Of a stretch of DNA of 32,000 nucleotides, positions 1-8,310 are shown piece after piece. Source of the DNA: Clostridium collagenovorans DSM 3089 (lineage in GTDB: Bacteria > Bacillota > Clostridia > Clostridiales > Clostridiaceae); contig NZ_FQXP01000005.1 of NCBI RefSeq assembly GCF_900130005.1, forward strand, positions 313,746-345,745. The letters are read 5' to 3'. Within the stretch, counting starts at the first letter, position 1; each line of letters opens with the position of its first letter. The translations under genes and the position numbers were made by a program. The notes below the pieces were generated by a model. It made no database searches, was not told the DNA's origin, and saw only the letters and a program-made list of their open reading frames with translations.

Positions 1-2
1 AG

Positions 3-818
3 AAAAAATATGCTTTATATGTAGTAGAGTGCTTAAATTCATTGTGCAAGATAGTTCTTATAAATAATAATAGTGAAAAAGCAACTAAATATTTAATATT
101 AGCTAAAAACTATATATATAAGTATAATTTAATTAATACTAGATCAAGTGCTATTATACACTGTAACCTTGGTTCCATATATTATAGAAACTTGAAATAC
201 ACAGAAACTATAAACTTACTTGAGAGTTTTTTAGATACTCCTAGAGACACTATTTATGTAGATGTATTTGCTACGCTTAATTTTAATTTATCTATCTCAT
301 ATTATAATTTAAATGATTATGATAAGGCTATAGTATATTTAAAACGTTGCTTAAATCTGTCTCAATATCATGGTAATTTATACAAAGATTATGTTTTATA
401 TTGTACACACTCTACATTTTTGATACATTCGAAAAAATTCGATGAATCTATTAATATGTTAACTTATTTAAAGTATCAATTTAAACATGATCCAATTGCA
501 TACAATAATTTACTTGCTCAAGAAATATTAACCTACTTCATTAGCGAAGATTATACAAAATGTCTTAAGGTATGTAATGAAATTAATCTTAACAAACTTA
601 CTAAAGCAGGTAAAATAGATTATTACTTTATTAAAGGATGGATTACTGATGATTTAGATTTATTAAAGCGATGCGAAAATTATTTTATAAATAAATCTTA
701 TTACAAAGATTTAATCGCTCTGTACGATAAATTATACAAAATAACTAAAAATCCAATTTACAAAGATCATATACATTCATATAAGGATAAATCCTTTAGC
801 AAAAATATATTTGCATAA
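3..818 (+). CDS. TPR-repeat protein, 5'-truncated by the window edge; probably the C-terminal sensor domain of an RNPP/XRE-TPR type regulator
   Basis: The frame is open from nt 3, with no stop upstream of the TTG at 42, so the gene starts outside the window. It has TPR-like helical repeats, e.g. LGSIYYRNLKYTETINLLESFL and SISYYNLNDYDKAIVYLKRCLNL. Stop TAA at 816-818. No DNA-binding domain is visible in the window. Confidence 0.55.
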   Translation, partial: KKYALYVVECLNSLCKIVLINNNSEKATKYLILAKNYIYKYNLINTRSSAIIHCNLGSIYYRNLKYTETINLLESFLDTPRDTIYVDVFATLNFNLSISYYNLNDYDKAIVYLKRCLNLSQYHGNLYKDYVLYCTHSTFLIHSKKFDESINMLTYLKYQFKHDPIAYNNLLAQEILTYFISEDYTKCLKVCNEINLNKLTKAGKIDYYFIKGWITDDLDLLKRCENYFINKSYYKDLIALYDKLYKITKNPIYKDHIHSYKDKSFSKNIFA

Positions 819-860
819 AAATAACAACTTTAGCTATGTCTAAAGTTGTTATTTTAGTTT
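817..860. terminator. Bidirectional intrinsic terminator between convergent genes
   Basis: Perfect 15-bp stem (817-832 aaaataacaacttta / 841-855 taaagttgttatttt) with an 8-nt loop. An A-run lies before it and a T-run after it. Confidence 0.8.
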
Positions 861-942
861 ATGCTTACTGAAAATAAAATTTTTCATTTTACATCTTAAT
901 TCTCATTCTTTAAAATTATTCTATTTATTATGATCAAATAAT

Positions 943-1566
943 TTAATGAAAGATTGATTCTCCTATTTGTCCTGCTACTTCTTTGTCTGCATCTAAGAAG
1001 TCTACATTACCTTGTGCTCCTCTCATTACATGAAAGATTGACTCTCCTATTTGTCCTGCTACTTCTTTATCTGTACCTAAAAAGTCTACATTGCCTTGTG
1101 CTCCTCTCATTACATGAAAGATTGACTCTCCTATTTGTCCTGCTATTTCTTTATCTGCACCTAAGAAGTCCACATTGCCTTGTGCTCCTCTCATTACATG
1201 AAAAATTGACTCTCCTATTTGTCCTGCTACTTCTTTATCTGCACTTAAGAAATCAACATTACCTTGTGCTCCTCTCATTACATGAAAGATTGATTCTCCT
1301 ATTTGTCCTGCTACTTCCTTACTTGCATCCAAGAAGTCTACATTACCTTGTACTCCTCTCATTACATGAAAGATTGATTCTCCTATTTGTCCTGCTACTT
1401 CTTTATTTTCATTTAAGGAATCTACTGTTCCTGGTGTGCCTCTCATCACATGAAAGATTGACTCCCCTATTTGTCCTGCTACTTCTTTATTTATGTCGAC
1501 TTTTACAACTGCTAATCCCATTAATGCTACTGCTACAGTTAAACAAGCTAAACTTTTCTTTTTCAT
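943..1566 (-). CDS. Secreted tandem-repeat protein: signal/anchor peptide plus 6 full and 1 truncated 28-aa repeats (core KE[VI]AGQIGESIFHVMRG)
   Basis: ATG at 1566 is preceded by GAGGTG (plus 1575-1580) with an 8-nt spacer. The N-terminus MKKKSLACLTVAVALMGLAVV is a positively charged n-region followed by a hydrophobic h-region. The repeats are visible directly in the translation. The protein ends exactly after the core ...GESIFH. Confidence 0.85.
   Translation of the reverse strand: MKKKSLACLTVAVALMGLAVVKVDINKEVAGQIGESIFHVMRGTPGTVDSLNENKEVAGQIGESIFHVMRGVQGNVDFLDASKEVAGQIGESIFHVMRGAQGNVDFLSADKEVAGQIGESIFHVMRGAQGNVDFLGADKEIAGQIGESIFHVMRGAQGNVDFLGTDKEVAGQIGESIFHVMRGAQGNVDFLDADKEVAGQIGESIFH
946..1500 (-). 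repeat. 84-bp tandem DNA repeat, about 6.6 copies, in-frame (28 aa)
   Basis: The motif atgaaagattga(c/t)tc recurs at 946, 1030, 1114, 1198, 1282, 1366 and 1450, an exact 84-nt period. Confidence 0.95.
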
Positions 1567-1608
1567 AATTTTAACACCTCAACCTTATATTTTATAGCTT
1601 AATTCTAA

Positions 1609-1617
1609 TTTATACCA
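1609..1617 (-). promoter_or_regulatory. Candidate extended -10 promoter (TGgTATAAA) for the repeat-protein gene
   Basis: The minus strand reads aTGgTATAAAtt about 40 nt upstream of the ATG. No good -35 is present. Confidence 0.35.
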
Positions 1618-2045
1618 TATTTTTTTTCAAACCTCTCTATTGTTTTTTAGGTACCATTAAAAATTACATTCACTTTAACATATTTATTTACTTCGTTTTT
1701 CTATAGGATTTATTTATTTTTTATTCAAATGTTACTCTCAACAACATTTCTACGTTTTATTTAATTATCATGGGTTTTTATGTAGATTTTTTTACATTTT
1801 ATGCTTGCAACGTCGATTTCTTTACAACGAATCTGTTTTTTATATCACTATACTTTATTGAATTGCCTATGAAATTGATCATTTTTTATTTTTTTATATT
1901 ATAATATATGTAATTTCCTCTATAATTTTATAGTGATTAGGTAGATTTAATTTAGCTTAGTTTGTATAATACTATAATATTAGTAAAACCTATTGTAAAT
2001 AGGTTTTAAAAGATATATGTAAAATTTATTATTGGGGGTATATAA

Positions 2046-2684
2046 ATGGAAATTAAATGGCTTGGACATTCATCATTTCTTATAACTACAAATGATGGCA
2101 CAAAAATTTTGACTGATCCTTTTGATAACACTATAGGTTATGATGTATATACTGGTAATGCTGATATTATTACTGTAAGTCATGATCATTATGACCATAA
2201 TTATTTAAGAGAAGTTAAAGGAACTCCTACTTTAGTAGATAAACCTATGACATATGATTTAGGTAATATAAAGATACATGGAATATCTTCTTATCATGAT
2301 GAAGTTAAGGGGCTTAAAAGAGGTTCTAACATTATCTTCGTAATAGAAGCTGATGGATATAAGCTTGCTCATTTAGGAGATTTAGGACATCTTTTAGATT
2401 TTGATACTATAAATATATTAAATAACCTTGATGTTTTATTCATACCTATAGGTGGAAATTATACAATTGGCCCAAAGGAAGCAGTTAAGTTATGTGATGT
2501 TCTTGATAGCAAATTAATTATTCCTATGCATTACAAAACACCTGCCTTGAATTTTACTATAAAGGGTTTAGAAGAGTTCATTCAAAATATCAAAAATGGT
2601 GAAAAAGTGCATTCTAAGGTTTATACCTTACCAGAAACTATGAATTTTAAAAATAAAGTTATTATTTTAGACTATTTAGATTAA
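2046..2684 (+). CDS. MBL-fold metal-dependent hydrolase (UPF0173/YtkL-like)
   Basis: IKWLGHSSFLI start and SHDHYDH metal motif, about 212 aa. GGGGG RBS upstream (2035-2039). Confidence 0.8.
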   Translation: MEIKWLGHSSFLITTNDGTKILTDPFDNTIGYDVYTGNADIITVSHDHYDHNYLREVKGTPTLVDKPMTYDLGNIKIHGISSYHDEVKGLKRGSNIIFVIEADGYKLAHLGDLGHLLDFDTINILNNLDVLFIPIGGNYTIGPKEAVKLCDVLDSKLIIPMHYKTPALNFTIKGLEEFIQNIKNGEKVHSKVYTLPETMNFKNKVIILDYLD

Positions 2685-2837
2685 TAACATGTTAATTTAT
2701 TGTATTTCTTGTGAATATATAATAGAATAATATATCTAAAACAGTATAAAAAAGTGTATAATGAAATATATAAAGTCTTATTGTCTTATTTTGACATTTT
2801 ACTTTATTTACATTTTGTTATAGGAAAGGAGATTATT

Positions 2838-3569
2838 ATGAGTAACACTACAAAGACAAATCCAGAAGTAAAACCTACAAGTAAAAACGTACCTGTTATA
2901 AAAGGAACTCTTAGAAATCATATGCTTGAAGTTCCTAACTCAATTAGAGATGCTAGTGGTATTGTGATTTTTGGTAAAAGACTTAAGTCTCTTGTGTTTA
3001 CAACTGATGTTGCTATTATAAAAAATACAAATGCTGATGCTGTAATCGCAGTTTATCCTTTTACTCCACAACCAATAATAACTGAAGCTTTAATTTTAGC
3101 TGCTGATGTTCCATTATTCTGCGGAGTTGGTGGAGGTATAACAACTGGTAAAAGAGTTGTAAACCTTGCTCTTGATGCTGAATTCAAAGGTGCAATGGGA
3201 GTTGTTGTTAATAACCCAACACCAAATGAGGTTATAAAGCAAATGAGAGATACAATTGATATTCCAATTATCGTTACTGTTGTATCTGAATTTGAGGATA
3301 TTCAAGGTAGAATAGATGCAGGTGCTACTATACTAAATGTATCAGGAGCTAAAAGAACTGCTCATATTGTTAGAGAAATAAGAAAAGAATTCCCTAATTT
3401 CCCTATCATAGCTACTGGTGGTCCTAATGATGAATCAATAAGAGAAACTATAGCCGCTGGTGCTAATGCTATTACTTATACACCACCTATAGCTTCTGAT
3501 ATATTGAATACTATAATGGAAAAATACAGAAAAGAATATAAGGAAGCTGACGAGCATAACCATGAATAA
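2838..3569 (+). CDS. Conserved TIM-barrel-like protein (phosphate-binding barrel, NanE/ThiE-like features), function unknown
   Basis: I moved the start to ATG 2838, behind AGGAAAGGAG. Gly-rich CGVGGGITTG and ATGGPNDESIRETIAAGANAI motifs resemble phosphate-binding barrels. No specific family was recognised. Confidence 0.6.
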   Translation: MSNTTKTNPEVKPTSKNVPVIKGTLRNHMLEVPNSIRDASGIVIFGKRLKSLVFTTDVAIIKNTNADAVIAVYPFTPQPIITEALILAADVPLFCGVGGGITTGKRVVNLALDAEFKGAMGVVVNNPTPNEVIKQMRDTIDIPIIVTVVSEFEDIQGRIDAGATILNVSGAKRTAHIVREIRKEFPNFPIIATGGPNDESIRETIAAGANAITYTPPIASDILNTIMEKYRKEYKEADEHNHE

Positions 3570-3599
3570 GATTGATTGACTCATAACAGTTACTTAAGA

Positions 3600-3639
3600 A
3601 ACCCTAAGAAATTTAATTCTTGGGGTTAAATTATTTTTC
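3600..3639 (+). terminator. Intrinsic terminator after the TIM-barrel gene
   Basis: Stem aaccctaagaa / ttcttggggtt (one G-U pair) followed by aaattattttt. Confidence 0.7.
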
Positions 3640-3837
3640 AATTAATATTGCTAATCTTAAATTAACATAATCATTATCTAAGAATCAATAATTATCTAAT
3701 CTAATAATTCTCCAACAATTAATTATTATCTATATATAATAACTTAATTTACTCATTTATCGTACTTTATTGTATATTAAATTTTGCATTTTAATTGTAT
3801 AATATTGTTTGTATGCATAATTATTACTAGCTAGGGG

Positions 3838-5223
3838 GTGGCTTTTATATCAGAGAACAATATTACAAATGTAATTGACAAGGATTTAAAACATGACTTA
3901 CTTGCCATGTCAGTTCCAACTATAATGGGATTTTTACTTCAGTCGGTTTATGACTTAGTAGATATGATGTGGGTAGGTCGTCTTAATTCATCAGCACTGG
4001 CTGGTGTTACTATTTTTTCAACAATATTTTGGCTTGTTGGAATATTAAATGAAATAATCGGCACAAGTTCTGTATCTCTTATTGCTCAATGTTATGGCTC
4101 AGGAGATATGAGAAAAACTAGGGTTGCTATAGAGCAAACCTTTACATTCAAGGCTTTAGTTGCTGTTTTAGCAGGATTTATTATGGCTGCCATACTTAAT
4201 CCTTTGCTTAAGTTTTTTACCACTGATTCCTCTGTATTAACTGCAGCATTAGATTATGGGTATATAAGATTATTTTTCTTACCAATAATGTTCTCTTCAT
4301 TTACGGTTAATACAGCTTTTAGATGTTTAGGTGATGCAAAAACTCCAATGAAAATTATGGTGGTAGCTTCTATAGTTAATTTAGTTCTTGATCCTATATT
4401 GATATTCGAAACTATTCCCGGGACAAGTATTCCTGGTTTTAACCTTGGAGTTTTTGGCGCTGGGTTAGCTACCGTAATATCAACTGTAGTTGCCTTTGGA
4501 ATAGGATTTTGGATTTTTTTAAGTGGAAGAACAAAGATTAAAATAATCTTTAGAGACCTATTTAAGCTTGATTGGGAAATTGATAAGAAACTATTAACTA
4601 TAGGCCTTCCTAATGGTTTTGAAGCTCTTATGAGACAACTTGCAAGTATCATAACTTTAAAGCTTGTAACCAGCTATGGAACCTCAGCCGTTGCTGCTAT
4701 GGGAATTGTTAATAGACTTCTAGATTTTTCATATGTGCCACTTAATTCACTTTCTATAGGAAGTAGTTCTATAGTTGGCCAATGTTTAGGAGCAAATAAT
4801 GTACCAAGAGCTAAGGCAACAACTAAATTAGCAACTAAGATAAATTTGGGAGCAATGATTATAATATCTTTAATTGCTATTATATTCCCTGAATTCTTAA
4901 TGAAAATATTCACTGATGATAGAGAGGTAATCGCAGCAGGTATACCTGCTATTAGGTTACTTATATCCTCATTAATATTTGCAGCTGTATCCTCTGGATT
5001 GGGCTCTGTATTTTCTGGTTCAGGATATAACCTTCCATTCTTAATTGCTAGTATAATTTCAAGATGGATTGTACAAATACCATGTATGTTATTAGTGGTT
5101 ATTGTGCTTAAGTTATCTAGTACTTATCTATGGGGCTGCTTCTTCTTAGCTAACTTCACTTCTATGATAGTGATGTATTATTACTATAAAAAAGGTACTT
5201 GGGAAAGTAAAAGAGTTGGCTAA
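3838..5223 (+). CDS. MATE family efflux transporter
   Basis: About 12 predicted TM helices. The N-terminus has the MATE-typical AMSVPTIMGFLLQSVYDLVDMMWVGRL. The exact start is uncertain: GTG 3838 abuts the AGGGGG RBS, and ATG 3907 is an alternative. Confidence 0.85.
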   Translation: MAFISENNITNVIDKDLKHDLLAMSVPTIMGFLLQSVYDLVDMMWVGRLNSSALAGVTIFSTIFWLVGILNEIIGTSSVSLIAQCYGSGDMRKTRVAIEQTFTFKALVAVLAGFIMAAILNPLLKFFTTDSSVLTAALDYGYIRLFFLPIMFSSFTVNTAFRCLGDAKTPMKIMVVASIVNLVLDPILIFETIPGTSIPGFNLGVFGAGLATVISTVVAFGIGFWIFLSGRTKIKIIFRDLFKLDWEIDKKLLTIGLPNGFEALMRQLASIITLKLVTSYGTSAVAAMGIVNRLLDFSYVPLNSLSIGSSSIVGQCLGANNVPRAKATTKLATKINLGAMIIISLIAIIFPEFLMKIFTDDREVIAAGIPAIRLLISSLIFAAVSSGLGSVFSGSGYNLPFLIASIISRWIVQIPCMLLVVIVLKLSSTYLWGCFFLANFTSMIVMYYYYKKGTWESKRVG

Positions 5224-5229
5224 CTAAAA

Positions 5230-5316
5230 GGCTGTTACAATAAGATTTTTTTCTAAGAATATATTAAAACATAAATTTTGCTTAATATATTCTTAGATTT
5301 CCTTACTATAACAGCC
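5230..5316. terminator. Nested bidirectional terminator between the MATE gene and nrdG
   Basis: Inner perfect 16-bp stem (5252-5267 / 5282-5297) and an outer imperfect stem (ggctgtta...taacagcc). T-tracts lie on both sides. Confidence 0.7.
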
Positions 5317-5333
5317 CTAGACTTCTTATATTC

Positions 5334-5843
5334 TTAAAACTTTAAAGTTATAACTCTTCCCTTTTTTAAGGTTTCTTTTATATCTATTATTCTTTGATTT
5401 GCTGATCCTTTAAATTTTAAGCCCTCAACCTTATGCTCTTCTTCGAATCTTCCATCAACTAATACATCTATATTATTTATTAACTCTTTCCAGCCTCTTC
5501 TCTCATTAAAATGCTCCATAATGTATTCCATTGTATATCCTGTGTAACACCATATTGATAAATCCTTCTTTTTAATTTCCTTTGCAAAGGCTGCAAAAGC
5601 TTCCCCTTGCTCTAAAGGATCTCCACCTGAAAATGTAACTCCAGTCAAAAGTGGATTTTCATCCATATCTTTAATAAGCTCCGATATAGGCATTAACTTT
5701 CCACCAGTTAAGTCATGGGTTTCTTTATTAAAACAACTTTTACAATTATGTTTGCATCCTTGAGCAAAAAATACTCTTCTTATTCCTGGCCCATTTACCA
5801 AACTTTCATATGCTATACCTGCTAATCTTAACTTCGTATCCAT
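5334..5843 (-). CDS. nrdG: Anaerobic ribonucleoside-triphosphate reductase activating protein (radical SAM)
   Basis: ESLVNGPGIRRVFFAQGCKHNCKSCFN contains the CxxxCxxC motif. Size and position next to nrdD fit. Confidence 0.92.
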   Translation of the reverse strand: MDTKLRLAGIAYESLVNGPGIRRVFFAQGCKHNCKSCFNKETHDLTGGKLMPISELIKDMDENPLLTGVTFSGGDPLEQGEAFAAFAKEIKKKDLSIWCYTGYTMEYIMEHFNERRGWKELINNIDVLVDGRFEEEHKVEGLKFKGSANQRIIDIKETLKKGRVITLKF

Positions 5844-6065
5844 AGTTGCTTTCTCCCCCTATAACCAATATATATACTATAATTATATCAATTTTAATAT
5901 CCTAACTTCAATGTTATAAATCTTATAGACCCATTCTACTTTTAATTATATATTCTTCAATAAATAATATTCAATATAGTATATTTATATCTATGCTTTA
6001 AATAAGTACAACACTAACTACATATAAAAAATTAATTAAAGCTTATATATATCAACCTAAAATTC

Positions 6066-6117
6066 ATTTTTAAATAAAATAATTAATGGGAATAGTTATC
6101 CCCTACTCCCATTAATT
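6066..6117 (-). terminator. Intrinsic terminator downstream of nrdD
   Basis: Perfect 11-bp stem aattaatggga / tcccattaatt, followed on the minus strand by attttattt. Confidence 0.6.
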
Positions 6118-6128
6118 ATTTTATATTA

Positions 6129-8243
6129 TTAAACTTCGTAAAACTTATCATGCTCTCCATTATGAGATGTTCTATCAGATCTCTCAGCGTGTTTTCCAGC
6201 TCCAAATCTTTCATCTAAAGAAAGATATCCTGTTACCCTACTTACCCCTTGAATGTTCTGACTTGAACATTTTGGGCACTTAGTCATAGAGCTTTCTATT
6301 CTTTCTCCACACTCTTTACAATATCTCATATGGAAGTTAATTCCTATATAACTTATATTAGTTTGCTTATATGCATAATCTACTATACTTTGAACTACTT
6401 CTTCTGATGGATAATCATCTATTTCTAAATAACTAATATGACCACCATTACAAAGTTTATGATAAGGTGCTTCAATATCAATTTTGTCCTTAATTGATAT
6501 TGGATGTCCTACTGGAATGTGATAACTATTAGTATAGTATTCCTTATCTGTAACACCTTTAATATCTCCAAATACAGCCTTATCTTGTAATATAAATCTA
6601 CCACTTAGTCCTTCTGCTGGTGTTGCATAAGTACTCCAATTTAAGCTTGTTTCTTTTATTAAATTATCAGTATAATTTCTAATATGAGTTATTATCTTAA
6701 TTCCTAACTCTTTAGCTTCTTCACTTTCTCCGTGATGGCATCCTACTAATGCTGTTAAAGTTTCAGCAAGACCTATAAATCCAATTGCCCAAGAACCTTG
6801 TTTTAAAATCGGTTCTATAGTATCTTCAGGATGTAAGTTTTCAGATCCCTTCATTAAGTTTTGTCCAGCTACAAAAGGTAAATCCTTAACTTTTAAATGT
6901 TTTAATACGTCATATCTATGTAATAAAGATTCCTTAGCAAGTTCTAATCTACTATTCAATAAAGTAAAGAATTTATCAATATCATTTTTAGCAAGTATTC
7001 CTAATCTAGGAAGGTTAATAGTTGTTGGTGCAATATTACCTCTTCCCTTTGTACCTGCTTCTCCATTGCAGTTTGAACATATATATGTTCTACAGCCCAT
7101 AGTTGCAGGAACTATTCCTTGATCATAGTAGAATTTATTAAAGTCTGCATCCATATTCATAAATGTTGGATTCATTCTCTTACTAGCTACTCTACATGCT
7201 AATTTATATAAATAGTAATATGGGTCTTCTTTCTCTCTATTTACCCCACTTTTTACTCTAAATATTATATTAGGGAATATTGGTTGTTCACCTCTACCTA
7301 ATCCTTTTTCATATTCTTCTAAGAATATTTTACATACTAATGCACTATCATTAGAGTTTGGGATACCTATATTCATAGAACTGAAAGGAACTTGTGACCC
7401 TGCACGAGAATGCATAGTATTAAGATTGTATACTATACCTTGCATAGATTGTCTAACAACTCTTTCAAGCTTCTTCTCTGCTAAATCATTAATCTTTTCT
7501 TCTTCTATTCCATATTCTCTTAATTCATTTCTTATTTCTTCTCTTGTAATTTCAACGAAATATCCCATATCATTGTCAAAGTCAGGGTGAGATTGTCCAC
7601 CAAACATATCATTTTGTGTCGCTTGTAAAAGTATGCAGGAAAGTTCAGCAGCTGACTCTATTCTCTTAGCTTTTCTAATATATCCATACCCTGTATTAAA
7701 ACCATTTTCTAATACTTCTTTTGTTGGTATATGGAGACAATTTGTTGTCAAGTTGTAACTATCTAAGTCGTGATAATATACATCTCCATTTTCATGAGCC
7801 TTTGACAAATGCTTAGGCATCATTGAAAGGTTATGCCACTTATTAGATTCACTTGCAATTCTTAATAACTTTGAACTAAAATTATTACCTACATTAGCAT
7901 TATCCCTATCTGTTTCTACACCTATTTTATTTATAGCCTTCATTAAATCAGATTTTATTTCTCTTATTCTTGTTCTTTCTTTTCTATAGTTTGAATAAGC
8001 TATACCAATGTTTTTATGTCCATTACTAAGTAGCATCGTCTCTACAACATTTTGTACTTCTTCAACCTTTAGTTTATCCTTATCTAAAGCTTCTAATTTT
8101 GTCATTGCCTTTTGAGTTAACTCCATTAACTCACTTTCTTTTATAATAAAACCAATCTCATCGGCTGCACCCCTTATAGCATTGGTTATCTTTATTGTGT
8201 CAAAATCCACAATCCTGCCATCTCTTTTAACTACATATAGCAT
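6129..8243 (-). CDS. nrdD: Anaerobic ribonucleoside-triphosphate reductase (class III, glycyl radical)
   Basis: N-terminal ATP-cone (VVKRDGRIVDFDTIKITNAI), a C-terminal Zn-ribbon (CKECGE...CPKC) and the glycyl radical motif SRVTGYL. Confidence 0.95.
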   Translation of the reverse strand: MLYVVKRDGRIVDFDTIKITNAIRGAADEIGFIIKESELMELTQKAMTKLEALDKDKLKVEEVQNVVETMLLSNGHKNIGIAYSNYRKERTRIREIKSDLMKAINKIGVETDRDNANVGNNFSSKLLRIASESNKWHNLSMMPKHLSKAHENGDVYYHDLDSYNLTTNCLHIPTKEVLENGFNTGYGYIRKAKRIESAAELSCILLQATQNDMFGGQSHPDFDNDMGYFVEITREEIRNELREYGIEEEKINDLAEKKLERVVRQSMQGIVYNLNTMHSRAGSQVPFSSMNIGIPNSNDSALVCKIFLEEYEKGLGRGEQPIFPNIIFRVKSGVNREKEDPYYYLYKLACRVASKRMNPTFMNMDADFNKFYYDQGIVPATMGCRTYICSNCNGEAGTKGRGNIAPTTINLPRLGILAKNDIDKFFTLLNSRLELAKESLLHRYDVLKHLKVKDLPFVAGQNLMKGSENLHPEDTIEPILKQGSWAIGFIGLAETLTALVGCHHGESEEAKELGIKIITHIRNYTDNLIKETSLNWSTYATPAEGLSGRFILQDKAVFGDIKGVTDKEYYTNSYHIPVGHPISIKDKIDIEAPYHKLCNGGHISYLEIDDYPSEEVVQSIVDYAYKQTNISYIGINFHMRYCKECGERIESSMTKCPKCSSQNIQGVSRVTGYLSLDERFGAGKHAERSDRTSHNGEHDKFYEV

Positions 8244-8258
8244 TTAACACCCTCCTAT

Positions 8259-8274
8259 ATACAAGATATTGTGA
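8259..8274 (-). promoter_or_regulatory. NrdR-box-like palindrome in the nrdD 5' leader
   Basis: atacaagatattgtga matches the remembered NrdR consensus acaCwAtATaTwGtgt at 13 of 16 positions. It lies just downstream of the predicted promoter. Confidence 0.45.
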
Positions 8275-8281
8275 CTTGCTA

Positions 8282-8310
8282 ATTATACTCATAAAAAGAT
8301 TTTATATCAA
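8282..8310 (-). promoter_or_regulatory. SigA-type promoter of nrdD
   Basis: The minus strand reads TTGATA, a 17-nt spacer, then TATAAT (plus 8305-8310 and 8282-8287). Confidence 0.6.

Noticed and set aside
943-1566. Repeat protein as a multi-core RiPP precursor or as a lipoprotein (SLAC near the N-terminus)
   Set aside because: No radical-SAM, YcaO, lanthipeptide or other maturase genes lie nearby, and the core has no Cys, Ser or Thr pattern. The Cys at residue 8 precedes the hydrophobic segment, so it is not a lipobox.
954-1568. 204-aa plus-strand ORF (MILLFVLLLLCLHLRS...) covering the repeat region
   Set aside because: It is the antisense shadow of the 84-bp repeat. The leucine-rich, low-complexity translation has no RBS and no sensible start context. 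The minus-strand gene has a signal peptide, an RBS and a promoter-like element.
2754-2837. N-terminal extensions given by the ORF track: 2754-2837, 8971-8985, 11760-11768, 12885-12944, 14513-14530, 26447-26485, 27757-27765 and 28616-28690
   Set aside because: In each case an internal ATG with a proper Shine-Dalgarno at 6-11 nt gives the family-typical N-terminus. The extension lacks an RBS or overlaps the upstream gene or a hairpin.
3640-3837. Riboswitch or leader upstream of the MATE gene (e.g. guanidine/ykkC type)
   Set aside because: The region is almost pure AT, with only repeated ttatcta words. It has no G/C-containing helices that could form a known aptamer.
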